From Candidatus Methanoperedenaceae archaeon (lineage in GTDB: Archaea > Halobacteriota > Methanosarcinia > Methanosarcinales > Methanoperedenaceae), in contig CAVWCX010000024.1 in assembly GCA_963753595.1 (NCBI GenBank), positions 32,001 through 96,000 on the forward strand: a DNA stretch of 64,000 nucleotides, given 5' to 3'. A program made the translations under genes and the position numbers. How positions within the stretch are numbered: position 1 is the first letter of the stretch; every line of letters begins with the position of its first letter. Of the stretch, positions 1 through 9,477 are shown piece after piece. Below the pieces are notes generated by a model, which saw only the letters and a program-made list of their open reading frames with translations, was not told where the DNA came from and ran no database searches.

Positions 1-1055
1 TCCACAACAGAATCCTTTACCGGATTATCAGGATAGCCGGCAGGAACTGCATACTTGCATACCGTTGCTTGTTTTTTGAATTTTACATTGATCTTATCAA
101 GTGTTCCATTGACGATATTTGAACATACCTCAAGGAAATCAGTTTCAAGAAGAGGCAGAACATTCATTGCTTCCGGGTCTCCGAAGCGCGCATTGAATTC
201 TATGACCGATATACCATAAGCCGTTGCCATGAACTGGCCATACAGGATGCCCTGGTAAGGAACACCGGTTTCTTTTTTTATCGCCCTTACGGTTTCGCTC
301 ATTATCTTTTTAGCTTCACTGTAATCGGATACTTTCATAAAAGGTAAAATATCTTTTGAATCATTGTATGAACCCATCCCGCCTGTATTGGGTCCTTTAT
401 CTCCATCAAATGCCCGCTTATGATCCTGTACAGATGGCGCGAATGCAAGGGTTTTACCATCCACAAATGCCTGGACAGTGAACTCTTCACCGATCAGGCG
501 CTCTTCGATAACGACGTCGTCATTTTTCAGGACTTCCAGGGCATAGGCCTTTGCACCTTCAATATCAAAATGATCTCCCATGACCCTGACACCTTTTCCG
601 CCTGTGAGACCGGCTGGTTTTATTACAACATCACCAAGCTCGTCGATGAATTTATCTGTTCCGCTTTCCCCTTTCCTGAACACTTTAAAACCAGGGCATC
701 CTGTAATTCCGTGTTTCTTCATAAAATCGCGGGTCCATGCCTTATCAAATTCGATCTGCGCTGCAAGCCGGCGCGGTCCGACGACCGGGATCCCGGCATT
801 CCATAACCGATCCGAAATACCAGCCGCAAGAGGAGCTTCAGGACCGATTATTGCAAGTTCGATATTGTTCCTTACAGCAAAATCTACAACGCCCGGGTCT
901 GTTTCTTTTATAAGCAGGAAATCTTTACATAAACGTGCGATACCAGGATTTTTCTTGTTCATGGCTGCATAAAGCTGCGGATTCCCGGAACTTCGTGCGA
1001 TGGATTCTGCGATGGCGTGTTCCCTTCCTCCGCCTCCGATTAATAGGACTTTCAT
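1..1055 (-). CDS. purD: Phosphoribosylamine--glycine ligase (3' end runs off window)
   Basis: Reverse complement from ATG at 1055 reads [14 protein letters not shown]...; downstream GPNTGGMGS motif. Confidence 0.93.
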   Translation of the reverse strand, partial: MKVLLIGGGGREHAIAESIARSSGNPQLYAAMNKKNPGIARLCKDFLLIKETDPGVVDFAVRNNIELAIIGPEAPLAAGISDRLWNAGIPVVGPRRLAAQIEFDKAWTRDFMKKHGITGCPGFKVFRKGESGTDKFIDELGDVVIKPAGLTGGKGVRVMGDHFDIEGAKAYALEVLKNDDVVIEERLIGEEFTVQAFVDGKTLAFAPSVQDHKRAFDGDKGPNTGGMGSYNDSKDILPFMKVSDYSEAKKIMSETVRAIKKETGVPYQGILYGQFMATAYGISVIEFNARFGDPEAMNVLPLLETDFLEVCSNIVNGTLDKINVKFKKQATVCKYAVPAGYPDNPVKDSVV

Positions 1056-1164
1056 AGATACACCAGAATGTGTATAAAAATAAAAATGTTCTGGTTAATT
1101 TTGTTAATCCCGATTAAATGGTTCATTGATATACATAAAAAAGAGAAAAAATTGAAGATCAGGT

Positions 1165-1731
1165 CTATAAAAGGCCCAATCCGTCAAGCTCAATTACTAT
1201 CTTCTCAACTGCTGCTTCGGCATCTTCTGGTTTCTTTCCGCCCGTTACCACAAGTTTCCCTGATCCGAATAAAAGCATGACAACTTTCGGGACTGAAAGC
1301 CTGTAAACAAGACCCGGGAACTGTTCAGGTTCATATTCGATATTCTCAAGTCCAAGGCCAATGGCTATGGCATTAAGGTTCAGCACTCTTCCGAGATCGG
1401 CTGAGGCCACGATATTCTGTATCACTATTTCTGGTTTTGCCGGTATATCAACACCCATTGTCTTTAATTTATCAAACACTTTGTTAAGACCCACACCCAC
1501 ATCAGCTATACTTTTTGCTCCTGTGCAGACGATCTTTCCGCTTCCGAATATCAATGCTGCGGTTTTCGGGTTTGCAGTCCTGTAAACGACACCGGGGAAT
1601 CTCTCCTTATTATAATCCGCTCCTTCAAGGACCCTTATGACTTCATTAAGGTCAAGTTTTGCCCCAATAGCTGTCGATGCAACCACATTTTCGATTTTTA
1701 TAGTCTTTTTTGGTTCCGTAGTATTTACCAT
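1165..1731 (-). CDS. tbp: TATA-box binding protein
   Basis: Two TBP repeats (IENVVAS...FPGVVYR; IQNIVAS...YEPEQFPGLVYR); likely start MVNTT at 1731 after GGTGA RBS. Confidence 0.97.
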   Translation of the reverse strand: MVNTTEPKKTIKIENVVASTAIGAKLDLNEVIRVLEGADYNKERFPGVVYRTANPKTAALIFGSGKIVCTGAKSIADVGVGLNKVFDKLKTMGVDIPAKPEIVIQNIVASADLGRVLNLNAIAIGLGLENIEYEPEQFPGLVYRLSVPKVVMLLFGSGKLVVTGGKKPEDAEAAVEKIVIELDGLGLL

Positions 1732-1879
1732 ATTCTCACCTTTATATAGGGTATTTAAAGCTTTATATATGTTGGGGTACAATTCGCCTGATTATATTAG
1801 ATGATTATAATAGATGCTCATATAATATTAAAATCTAAGATATCTTTAACTACAATGAACTTATTAAAGGCAAATAGTG

Positions 1880-1925
1880 GCGGGAGAAAATCCCGCAGGG
1901 ATGTGGCCTTACAAGGCTGAACCGT
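1880..1925 (+). promoter_or_regulatory. Structured leader upstream of rpl15e (candidate eL15 r-leader)
   Basis: Hairpins GCGGGA-gaaaa-TCCCGC and GCCT-taca-AGGC, the second flanked by GATG...TGA. Confidence 0.5.
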
Positions 1926-1945
1926 AAAACTAAACTGGAGAAAAC

Positions 1946-2533
1946 ATGAAATCAATGTACGCGTTCATCAGGGACGCTTGGAAAAAACCCGACGAATCAG
2001 GTGTCGGTGAACTCTTATGGGAAAGAATGCAGGTATGGAGACGCGAACCGGCAGTAACAAGGCTGGACCATCCGACAAGACTTGACAGGGCAAGAGCCCT
2101 TGGTTTTAAAGCAAAACAGGGTATTGCAGTAGCACGCGTGAGAATAAGACGCGGAGGAAGGCGAAAATCAAGATGGCAGCGCGGAAGACGAACCAAACAC
2201 ATGGGCGTCAATAAGATCACACCTGGAAAGAGCATCCAGAGTATTGGTGAAGAGCGTGTAGCACGCAGATTCCCAAATATGCAGGTTTTGAACAGCTATT
2301 GGGTAGGTCAGGACGGCAAACACAAATGGTATGAGGTAATAGTCGTTGACCCGAACCATCCTTCGATAAAGGTTGATAAAAACCTTAAATGGATGTGCAG
2401 TAATAAACAGAAAGGCCGCGTATTCAGAGGAAAGACAAGCGCAGGCAGAAAGGGCAGGGGCCAGAGACGAAAGGGCATAGGAACTGAGAAAACAAGACCC
2501 AGCCTGAGATCCCACCACAATACTGGCAAATGA
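1946..2533 (+). CDS. rpl15e: 50S ribosomal protein L15e
   Basis: [17 protein letters not shown] and [19 protein letters not shown] motifs. Confidence 0.97.
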   Translation: MKSMYAFIRDAWKKPDESGVGELLWERMQVWRREPAVTRLDHPTRLDRARALGFKAKQGIAVARVRIRRGGRRKSRWQRGRRTKHMGVNKITPGKSIQSIGEERVARRFPNMQVLNSYWVGQDGKHKWYEVIVVDPNHPSIKVDKNLKWMCSNKQKGRVFRGKTSAGRKGRGQRRKGIGTEKTRPSLRSHHNTGK

Positions 2534-2949
2534 GTATACATTATATCACTTTTCGGGCAAGCGTTCACGCTACCGAAAGTGATGACAGGGTAAAAACAGC
2601 CCTGTCGCTTTTTCTTTTTGATAATAAGATAACGCAAACACAGACCGAAGGTCATTTTGGCAATCCAATTACCTTACTTCAGGGACAGGTCAGGGGTAAA
2701 GACTACAAACGTTTTATAGATCTTTTAAAATCAAGTTTGCCGGAATATGAGCTTGAAAAGCTAAGGAATGAACGATGCGAGAGGATCGATGATGAATGCT
2801 GTTTGCATATCAGGTTCGATAAGCAGGCTGCTTTTGAAGGACAGGTCAGGCTTGCAACGACTGCCGATACGATAATAGCAAAAATAAAGATTAGAGCATA
2901 TCCGGCTAATTACGAAAATGCAATTGAGGCTGCAGAAGCTCTTTTTTGA
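2530..2949 (+). CDS. Archaeal RNA-binding protein (COG1325/DUF54 type)
   Basis: VHATES..V, GHFGNPI and RFDKQAA motifs; overlaps rpl15e stop. Confidence 0.85.
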   Translation: MSIHYITFRASVHATESDDRVKTALSLFLFDNKITQTQTEGHFGNPITLLQGQVRGKDYKRFIDLLKSSLPEYELEKLRNERCERIDDECCLHIRFDKQAAFEGQVRLATTADTIIAKIKIRAYPANYENAIEAAEALF

Positions 2950-3186
2950 TATTGGTCTATTCAGTCATTTGGAATTTCCCAAATATCGCACAGCAGAACT
3001 TGAAAATGTGAATTGGTCATGTATCCCATATATACAAAATGATGGTGCTAATTTGGTCTAATTTTATTCACCAAAATGAATTGAACCCCCCTTAACATCC
3101 CCATATTCCTAAAATTACCATTATGGAACAAAACCTTTATCATTTATCGATACATTTACGGGGTACCCCCATCATTGAATCAATGT

Positions 3187-3259
3187 GCCTGGGTGGGGTA
3201 GCTGGTTATCCTATGGGACTGTGGATCCTACGACCCGGGTTCGAATCCCGGCCCGGGCC
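3187..3259 (+). tRNA. tRNA-His (GUG)
   Basis: Acceptor GCCTGGG/CCCGGGC, anticodon arm TGGGA-CT GTG GA-TCCTA, T arm CCGGG-TTCGAAT-CCCGG; CCA not encoded. Confidence 0.95.
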
Positions 3260-3285
3260 TATTGTTTTTATTTGGAGCTCTGCAT

Positions 3286-4254
3286 ATGGCCAAATATAAT
3301 ATTTCAAGAATTATTAAGCCAAAAAAACAATATATTTTTATTTTACTGGCAGTAATAATTTTACTTTTTATTTTGGGTTCAGGCATATTTAAAACACAGG
3401 AAATACTTGAAAAACCAAAGCCCTCAGTTTCAATTGGTTGTGACAGGGTTTTATGGAAAGATACGGAAGAATTACTCGAAGCAACGGTCAAGAACATAGA
3501 TAATCCCTCATTTGAATGGAAATCAGACGGCACAAATATCGGTAATGGCCAGAAACTTTTACAAAAATTTGAGATAGGAGAGCACTCAGTATTGCTCAAT
3601 ATGACTTTCAATGACCAGACGCTTTCTGCAAAAAAATCCATTTTTGTCATTGATTCGGTAGATGGTATTACTATTCGCGAATATGCAGCTTCAAAAAACC
3701 AGTGGGGATTCCAGACCATGTTCAAAGGAAAAAATACAGGAGTTAAAGGGGTGATGATCTATATCGATTCATCTTCTCCATCAGAAGTAAATGCTTGCGG
3801 GGCACTCTCAACAAAAGCGCTTTTTTCAGGAAACCACACATGGACGGCAGAATACCGTGGTGCCCGGATAGCATACGGAACTTTCAATATCAAGGAAACA
3901 AGCGAACTGAAGATCGCCAGAATTGATATCGCGCCAAGCTATTCTGCTGGTAGTGAAGTTAAGGCAAAAATAATTCTTATGAATACAGGGTCTGTTGCGA
4001 TCACAGATTTTGAAACAAAGACTATTGCAATAAATAATGATTATGCCTGGATGGGAGATAAAGCAAAACGAGAATTTTCCGATCAATATAATGCAGATAT
4101 CCAGCCAGGTGCGTCATATGAGATCCCGATACAGATGACTATTCCAGAAAAAGTAAGTGGAATAAGACCATCTGGAAAATATAGTATTACAGTTAATTTA
4201 TTATTACATGGAAAAACAATTGATACAAAAATAGTATCAACGCAAGTCACATAA
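3286..4254 (+). CDS. Membrane-anchored extracellular protein with Ig/PKD-like beta domains
   Basis: N-terminal TM segment, beta-rich body; start MAKYN preferred over the TTG abutting the tRNA. Confidence 0.65.
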   Translation: MAKYNISRIIKPKKQYIFILLAVIILLFILGSGIFKTQEILEKPKPSVSIGCDRVLWKDTEELLEATVKNIDNPSFEWKSDGTNIGNGQKLLQKFEIGEHSVLLNMTFNDQTLSAKKSIFVIDSVDGITIREYAASKNQWGFQTMFKGKNTGVKGVMIYIDSSSPSEVNACGALSTKALFSGNHTWTAEYRGARIAYGTFNIKETSELKIARIDIAPSYSAGSEVKAKIILMNTGSVAITDFETKTIAINNDYAWMGDKAKREFSDQYNADIQPGASYEIPIQMTIPEKVSGIRPSGKYSITVNLLLHGKTIDTKIVSTQVT

Positions 4255-4304
4255 GTTAAAATTAGGTTTCATTAATTCCTTTACAAAATTTTGTATATTG
4301 CTTC

Positions 4305-4475
4305 CCGTAACGGTATTTATCCACCAAAATCCCGTTACGCAATACATACAATAATTTCCCGTTACGCAATTGTGTATGTTGATTTCCGTAACGGTATTTA
4401 TGGACTGAAATTCCGTTACGGGATTTGACCAGAAAAATCCCGTTACGCAATTCGTCTAAAAAATTCCCGTTACGG
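4305..4475. repeat. 7 copies of CCGTWACG core at exact 27-bp period
   Basis: Cores start at 4305, 4332, 4359, 4386, 4413, 4440, 4467. Confidence 0.9.
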
Positions 4476-4648
4476 GAAGTAAGTATAATATTTTTATTTA
4501 AACCTCTTATTTTAATTTATAGGACACGTTCTATAATCTGGCAAAGGTTAATCTATCCCTGGCAATAATTATCATTAGGATATTTTTTTGTTTTTAAAAA
4601 TATTTGCGTTTTTTGGGCAAAAAACACCCAAAAAAAGGCAAAAGCAGT

Positions 4649-4684
4649 AAAAACTGTATATAATATTTGTTATATACAGTTTTT
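4649..4684. other. dif-like tyrosine recombinase site
   Basis: AAAAACTGTATATAA-TATTTG-TTATATACAGTTTTT: perfect inverted arms, 6-bp spacer, ATAA-N6-TTAT geometry; 500 bp upstream of a Xer-like gene. Confidence 0.7.
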
Positions 4685-4694
4685 TTGGCTAAAA

Positions 4695-5105
4695 ATGAAT
4701 CGAAATCTCTATTTGATGTTAGTAATATTTTATGCCGACGTGACCAATAAAAAATACATCAGAAAGAACTATATAACCTGCAGCAGATGCGGAAGAAAAA
4801 AAATCCATCATGCACATGGATTATGCAGTGGATGCTATATGTCGGTTCATCGAATAGAACAGATAAAAAAACATAACGCTGAAGCGTATCATAATATTCC
4901 CTACGATTTATACCTAAAAATAACAGAAAAATGCTACATATGCGGTTTTGATTCTATAGTTGAACTTCATCATATTGATGAAAACCATGAAAATATATCC
5001 TTGAATAACCTTGTCGGTTTATGTCCTAATCACCATGCTATGATCCATCATAGAGATTTCAATACAGAAATAAAAAAATTGATAACTTGTATTCAAATCC
5101 AATAA
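4695..5105 (+). CDS. Zn-finger plus HNH endonuclease
   Basis: CSRC...HAHGLCSGC, then CYIC...ELHHIDENHEN...NLVGLCPNHH. Confidence 0.8.
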   Translation: MNRNLYLMLVIFYADVTNKKYIRKNYITCSRCGRKKIHHAHGLCSGCYMSVHRIEQIKKHNAEAYHNIPYDLYLKITEKCYICGFDSIVELHHIDENHENISLNNLVGLCPNHHAMIHHRDFNTEIKKLITCIQIQ

Positions 5106-5178
5106 ATCCAAAGCTCATTTATAAAATATTATAGGGATAATTATAATAATATCAAACTCCATTAATGAAAACTGATTT

Positions 5179-6009
5179 ATGATAGTAGATGAGCGTCTTA
5201 AAAAGCTTAACACTGAGGCAAAGTTGAGAGGCTTCTCACCTCAGACAACAAAAATGTATTTGTTTTATAATCAGAAATTACTTGAATATACAAGAAAGGA
5301 ACCAGCAGATATCACAGAAGATGACATAAAAGATTATCTGGGATCCAAACTTTCTGACGATTCACTTTCAAATGCTACGATAGCGCTAATAAAAGCTGCC
5401 TTTAAATTTTTTTATACAGAAATTCTTGGAAAAAATATCTCTCAAATAAAAACTCCAAAGAGGTCACAAAAACTTCCAATAGTCCTTAGCCGGACTGAGA
5501 TAAAAAACCTCATTGAAAAAACAGAAAATATCAAGCACAGGCTTATAATTGAACTCCTCTATTCCACCGGTTTGAGACTTTCAGAATGTATCAACCTGAA
5601 ATATTCTGACCTTGATCTAAATGATGGTATAGGCTGGGTTCGTTTGGGAAAAGGTTCAAAAGACAGAATTTTTATTATTTCTGAGGTATTCAAGAAAGAT
5701 CTCCTCGACTACAAAGAGAAAAATGGTTCAGATGGAAAAGGATACATATTTTTAGTAAATGGTAAAAAAATGACATATAGAGGCATTCAGCACGCCATAA
5801 AAGTATCCGCTTTGCGCGCCGGCATCGAGAAATCCGTGCATGTGCACACGCTGCGGCATTCTTTTGCAACACACCTTCTTGAGAACGGTGTCGATATAAG
5901 GAAAATACAAAAGCTGCTTGGGCATTCGAATTTACAGACTACGCAGATATACACACAGGTATCTTCTGAGGAGATAAAGAAGATCAAAAGCCCGCTGGAT
6001 ATGCTTTGA
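5179..6009 (+). CDS. XerA/XerD-like tyrosine recombinase
   Basis: TGLRLSE, GKGSKDR, HTLRHSFATHLLE, LLGH, TTQIY; 276 aa. Confidence 0.93.
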   Translation: MIVDERLKKLNTEAKLRGFSPQTTKMYLFYNQKLLEYTRKEPADITEDDIKDYLGSKLSDDSLSNATIALIKAAFKFFYTEILGKNISQIKTPKRSQKLPIVLSRTEIKNLIEKTENIKHRLIIELLYSTGLRLSECINLKYSDLDLNDGIGWVRLGKGSKDRIFIISEVFKKDLLDYKEKNGSDGKGYIFLVNGKKMTYRGIQHAIKVSALRAGIEKSVHVHTLRHSFATHLLENGVDIRKIQKLLGHSNLQTTQIYTQVSSEEIKKIKSPLDML

Positions 6010-6047
6010 TGTTATAAATAAAATATATAATAATATTTATATTATTA

Positions 6048-6329
6048 CTATTTTATCTCGCTTTGATGTTGGTCATATATCAGTCTTTCTTTTTCTTTCT
6101 TTAGTTCCATTTCCCTGCGAGCAATTGCTTTCATAGCTTCAGTAGGTTTATAGTTCAAATTGATCCTGTGTTTCTGCTCCCGGGTATATACAACATAACC
6201 ATACAACAGGAATGCAACTGTTGCGATCGGTATCAGAAATACCCATCCGACAACAAAACCCATAAAAGCTAACCCTATCAATGAGACAAACCCAAGTCTT
6301 AACTTTCTATTCTTAAAGATTTCCTTCAT
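6048..6329 (-). CDS. Small membrane protein (2 TM plus charged tail)
   Basis: 93-aa ORF, GGGAG RBS upstream, hydrophobic N-half. Confidence 0.6.
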   Translation of the reverse strand: MKEIFKNRKLRLGFVSLIGLAFMGFVVGWVFLIPIATVAFLLYGYVVYTREQKHRINLNYKPTEAMKAIARREMELKKEKERLIYDQHQSEIK

Positions 6330-6427
6330 ATCGAAACTCCCTTTTCATTACATTTCATATTTCTACTCCATAGTGATAATTGTTTCGTAGGAGAACGAAC
6401 TAACTATTGAATATAATTTGTATTTAA

Positions 6428-6470
6428 TTGCGTAACGGAATTTTTTTGAATGATTAGCGTAACGGAATTT
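6428..6470. repeat. Two GCGTAACGGAATTT copies, 27-bp period, inverted relative to the 4305 array
   Basis: Cores at 6431 and 6458. Confidence 0.8.
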
Positions 6471-6523
6471 ATAGAATATCTTTGAAAGATTAGTCAGTAA
6501 TATTTCCCATTTTAATATGATGA

Positions 6524-6765
6524 GTAAGTGGGCAGAAAGGGGGATTATGGTGGTATAGAAAAAATTTCTCTGCCCACTACAATTCGTATATATACGAACA
6601 AAACTATATATAGTTTACGTTTCTTGTAAAATCACATATTATCCTCTAAAACCTGGTATAGGAGGTAGTGGGCTTTTGGGATTTATGGTGGTGTGGTATC
6701 GAAAAAAAATATTTTTCTGCCCACTACAATTCGTATATATGCGAACCAAAGTATTTATAGTTTAC
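6524..6765. repeat. Two ~95-100 bp tandem units, each a stem-loop plus palindrome plus TATA-like box
   Basis: 6524-6618 and 6665-6765 share ATGGTGGT...TCTGCCCACTACAATTCGTATATATRCGAAC.AAA.TAT.TATAGTTTAC. Confidence 0.8.
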
Positions 6766-6865
6766 TGTCATAATCATTATAAGTATTAATATGCATGAAT
6801 ATCTGACCTGGAACACCTGTTGCTTGTATCGTTGCTCGTTATAATTTCACGATTCTTATAACAAA

Positions 6866-6930
6866 ATCCGTAACGGCATTTCTAACAAAAAATTGCGTAA
6901 CGGCATCTTTATATATTCCCGTAACGCAAT
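6866..6930. repeat. Three further CGTAACG cores
   Basis: Cores at 6869, 6896, 6920 (27 and 24 bp spacing). Confidence 0.8.
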
Positions 6931-6939
6931 TAGAATATC

Positions 6940-7185
6940 ATGACTGAACGTAAATATACCCGCTGGAAAAAATGCCTTATATGTGATGATTTTGTAAAAC
7001 TCATGTTCCCGGAGGACGCAAAGGATATGCTCATGATCTACGAACCCGTAGAAGGAATGAGCGATGAATCCGGGAACTGGAAAAAAAAACAAATGGGATA
7101 TATACACCGGTCATGTCTTCTAAAAGCAGCATCACTGAAGCCAAACAATGAAGAAAGAAACAGCAGTAGTTCAGAGGTCGTATAG
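6940..7185 (+). CDS. Small putative Zn-binding protein
   Basis: CLIC...HRSC; stop overlaps the ubiD start. Confidence 0.5.
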   Translation: MTERKYTRWKKCLICDDFVKLMFPEDAKDMLMIYEPVEGMSDESGNWKKKQMGYIHRSCLLKAASLKPNNEERNSSSSEVV

Positions 7186-8627
7186 TGGCATATAAGGATT
7201 TAAGGGAATTTATTGAAGTTCTCGAAAAACGAGGACTTCTGAAGCGGATAAAAACAGAAGTAAGTGCAGAGCTTGAGATCACTGAAATTCTTGACAGGTG
7301 TATGAAAAATAACGGCCCTGCACTTCTTTTTGAAAATGTATTAGGCTATAAGATGCCTGTATTTGCAAATGCGTTCGGTACAATGGAACGAATGTGCCTT
7401 GCACTTGACGTAAATGATCTTGATGAAATCGGTGCAAGGATAAAAAAGCTCATGGAATTTGAAGCCCCATCCGGATTATGGGAGGGAATAAAAAAGCTGC
7501 CTGAGGTAGTTGAACTTACATCATTTGCCCCCAAATATGTAAGATCAGGCCCGTGCAAAGAAGTAATTCTTAAAGATAAATTTTCACTTGATGATTTCCC
7601 TGTATTGAAATGCTGGCCCGGGGACGGGGGGCGCTTTATAACGCTTCCTCTTGTATTCACAAAAAACCCAAAAACCCGGAAGCAGAACGTAGGAATGTAC
7701 AGGATGCAGGTATATGATGCAAAAACAACAGGCATGCACTGGCATATCCATAAACACGGGGCGAGGGATTACGCTGATTCAGCAGGTAACGGAAAAATCG
7801 AGGTTGCCGTCGCTATCGGGGCAGATCCTTCTGTTGTATATTCAGCAACTGCGCCGCTTCCCGATAATATCGATGAGATAATGTTTGCCGGGTTCCTCCG
7901 TAAAAAGAACGTGGAGCTTGTTAAATGTGAAACTGTTGACCTTTATGTCCCCGCACATGCCGAAATTATCCTTGAAGGATATGTGGATGAAAAAGAGCGC
8001 CGCACAGAAGGACCTTTCGGCGACCACACAGGATATTATTCACTCGCAGATGAGTTCCCGGTATTCCATATAACATGCATTACACACCGAAAGAATCCCA
8101 TTTATCATGCCACCATCGTGGGAATACCGCCAATGGAAGACGCATATCTTGGAAAAGCAACAGAAAGGATCTTCCTTCCGCTCATGAAAGCCCAGCTTCC
8201 TGAAATTGTCGATGTCAACCTGCCTGTTGAAGCTGTTTTCCATAACCTGTGCATTGTATCCATAAAAAAGCGGTATCCAGGACATGCAAAGAAAGTCATG
8301 TTCGCACTCTGGGGAATGGGACAGATGATGTTCGCTAAGACCATAATCGTGCTTGATGATGATGTGAATATCCAGGACATGAGGGAAGTTCTCTGGGCAA
8401 CAACGACGCGAATGGATCCTGCCAGGGATGTTACGATCATTGATAATGCGCCGACAGATACGCTTGATCATGCTTCGAAAATGGCCAACCTCGGTTCCAA
8501 AATGGGAATTGATGCCACACGAAAAGGACAGGATGAAGGATTCAACCGGGAATGGCCTGATGCTTTGAAAATGGATGCAAGAGTAAAAGCGCGGGTGGAT
8601 ACGATATGGAAGGAGCTCGGATTATAA
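7185..8627 (+). CDS. ubiD: UbiD-family (menaquinone biosynthesis) decarboxylase
   Basis: DLREFI, NVGMYRMQV, EGPFGDHTGYY, SKMGIDAT. Confidence 0.92.
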   Translation: MAYKDLREFIEVLEKRGLLKRIKTEVSAELEITEILDRCMKNNGPALLFENVLGYKMPVFANAFGTMERMCLALDVNDLDEIGARIKKLMEFEAPSGLWEGIKKLPEVVELTSFAPKYVRSGPCKEVILKDKFSLDDFPVLKCWPGDGGRFITLPLVFTKNPKTRKQNVGMYRMQVYDAKTTGMHWHIHKHGARDYADSAGNGKIEVAVAIGADPSVVYSATAPLPDNIDEIMFAGFLRKKNVELVKCETVDLYVPAHAEIILEGYVDEKERRTEGPFGDHTGYYSLADEFPVFHITCITHRKNPIYHATIVGIPPMEDAYLGKATERIFLPLMKAQLPEIVDVNLPVEAVFHNLCIVSIKKRYPGHAKKVMFALWGMGQMMFAKTIIVLDDDVNIQDMREVLWATTTRMDPARDVTIIDNAPTDTLDHASKMANLGSKMGIDATRKGQDEGFNREWPDALKMDARVKARVDTIWKELGL

Positions 8628-8673
8628 TCAAACGTTGAATGCAAACAGAGGCAGAGCTGCGTGGTTACAAGGA

Positions 8674-9438
8674 TCAATCTTTACCCAGGTCTTCCCCTCC
8701 ATAATATATCTGCTGCACTGTATTGTATATGTCTTCCATGCCCGAGCCATAAGTCGATGAGACCGGAATAATATTCTGGCTTGCCCCAAATGATTTGAGC
8801 GCCGAAAGGAATTCAATACTTAGCTGGCTTTGCATCGTAGGTACCTCGTTGTGGATATCATCTTCAAGATCCATGATATTCCTGCTCCAGTTGATTATCC
8901 TGTCACGTTCTTCATCTTTTAGAAGGTCGGATTTCGGAAGGATATTTAAGAAAGGAACGTTGAACCGCATCTGGACTGATGCCGCCTGGAGCATTAATGA
9001 AATAAATCCCGATGGGGTTTTTGAGATTATGGGGTCATAGAGAAAACCAATGATCGACTGGTCGGCGCCAAGAGTATCAATGAGGAATTTCCCGGACTGG
9101 CGAAGCACAAACAGTTCCATCTGCCCGGGCGTGTCAAAAATAACATAATCGGATTCAAAGCTTTCAATTATATCTTTCATTTCATCGATATTTAAAGCAA
9201 GGAGGTCAGCTGCTATGATCTGTGCCCCGTTTGGCCCGACTCCATATTCCTTCATTACATCGTCCAATTTTACCCAGTCACGGATATCCACATCAGGGAC
9301 ATAAGGAGCATTTTCGATGCCAGGGTCAAGATTTACCGTAATTGCATCATATCTCTGGTTCTCCATCCATCCAAAAAAAGCATTTGTAAGTGAAGATTTA
9401 CCACTTCCCGCCGAGCCGATAAAATAAAGATTGATCAT
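8674..9438 (-). CDS. GPN-loop GTPase
   Basis: GSAGSGKS, NLDPG, GPNG, DTPGQME. Confidence 0.92.
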   Translation of the reverse strand: MINLYFIGSAGSGKSSLTNAFFGWMENQRYDAITVNLDPGIENAPYVPDVDIRDWVKLDDVMKEYGVGPNGAQIIAADLLALNIDEMKDIIESFESDYVIFDTPGQMELFVLRQSGKFLIDTLGADQSIIGFLYDPIISKTPSGFISLMLQAASVQMRFNVPFLNILPKSDLLKDEERDRIINWSRNIMDLEDDIHNEVPTMQSQLSIEFLSALKSFGASQNIIPVSSTYGSGMEDIYNTVQQIYYGGEDLGKD

Positions 9439-9477
9439 AGTAATTATAGCTTATATCGGTCAAGAGAGAAAAGATTA

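Noticed and set aside
420-972. Plus-strand ORFs 420..806 and 580..972, and the many other short antisense ORFs in the track
   Set aside because: They are shadows of well-supported genes on the opposite strand (here purD).
4305-4475. CRISPR or TIGR array
   Set aside because: The 27-bp unit with an 8-16 bp conserved part is too short for CRISPR and there are no cas genes. There is no 36-nt dual-repeat, box C/D pattern or Nop-domain gene as in TIGR.
5179-6009. Integron integrase
   Set aside because: It lacks the IntI-specific insertion before the HxLR region, and no attC cassette array is adjacent.
3187-7185. Provirus or island integrated at tRNA-His
   Set aside because: I saw no duplicated tRNA 3' end (attR) and no viral or replication genes.
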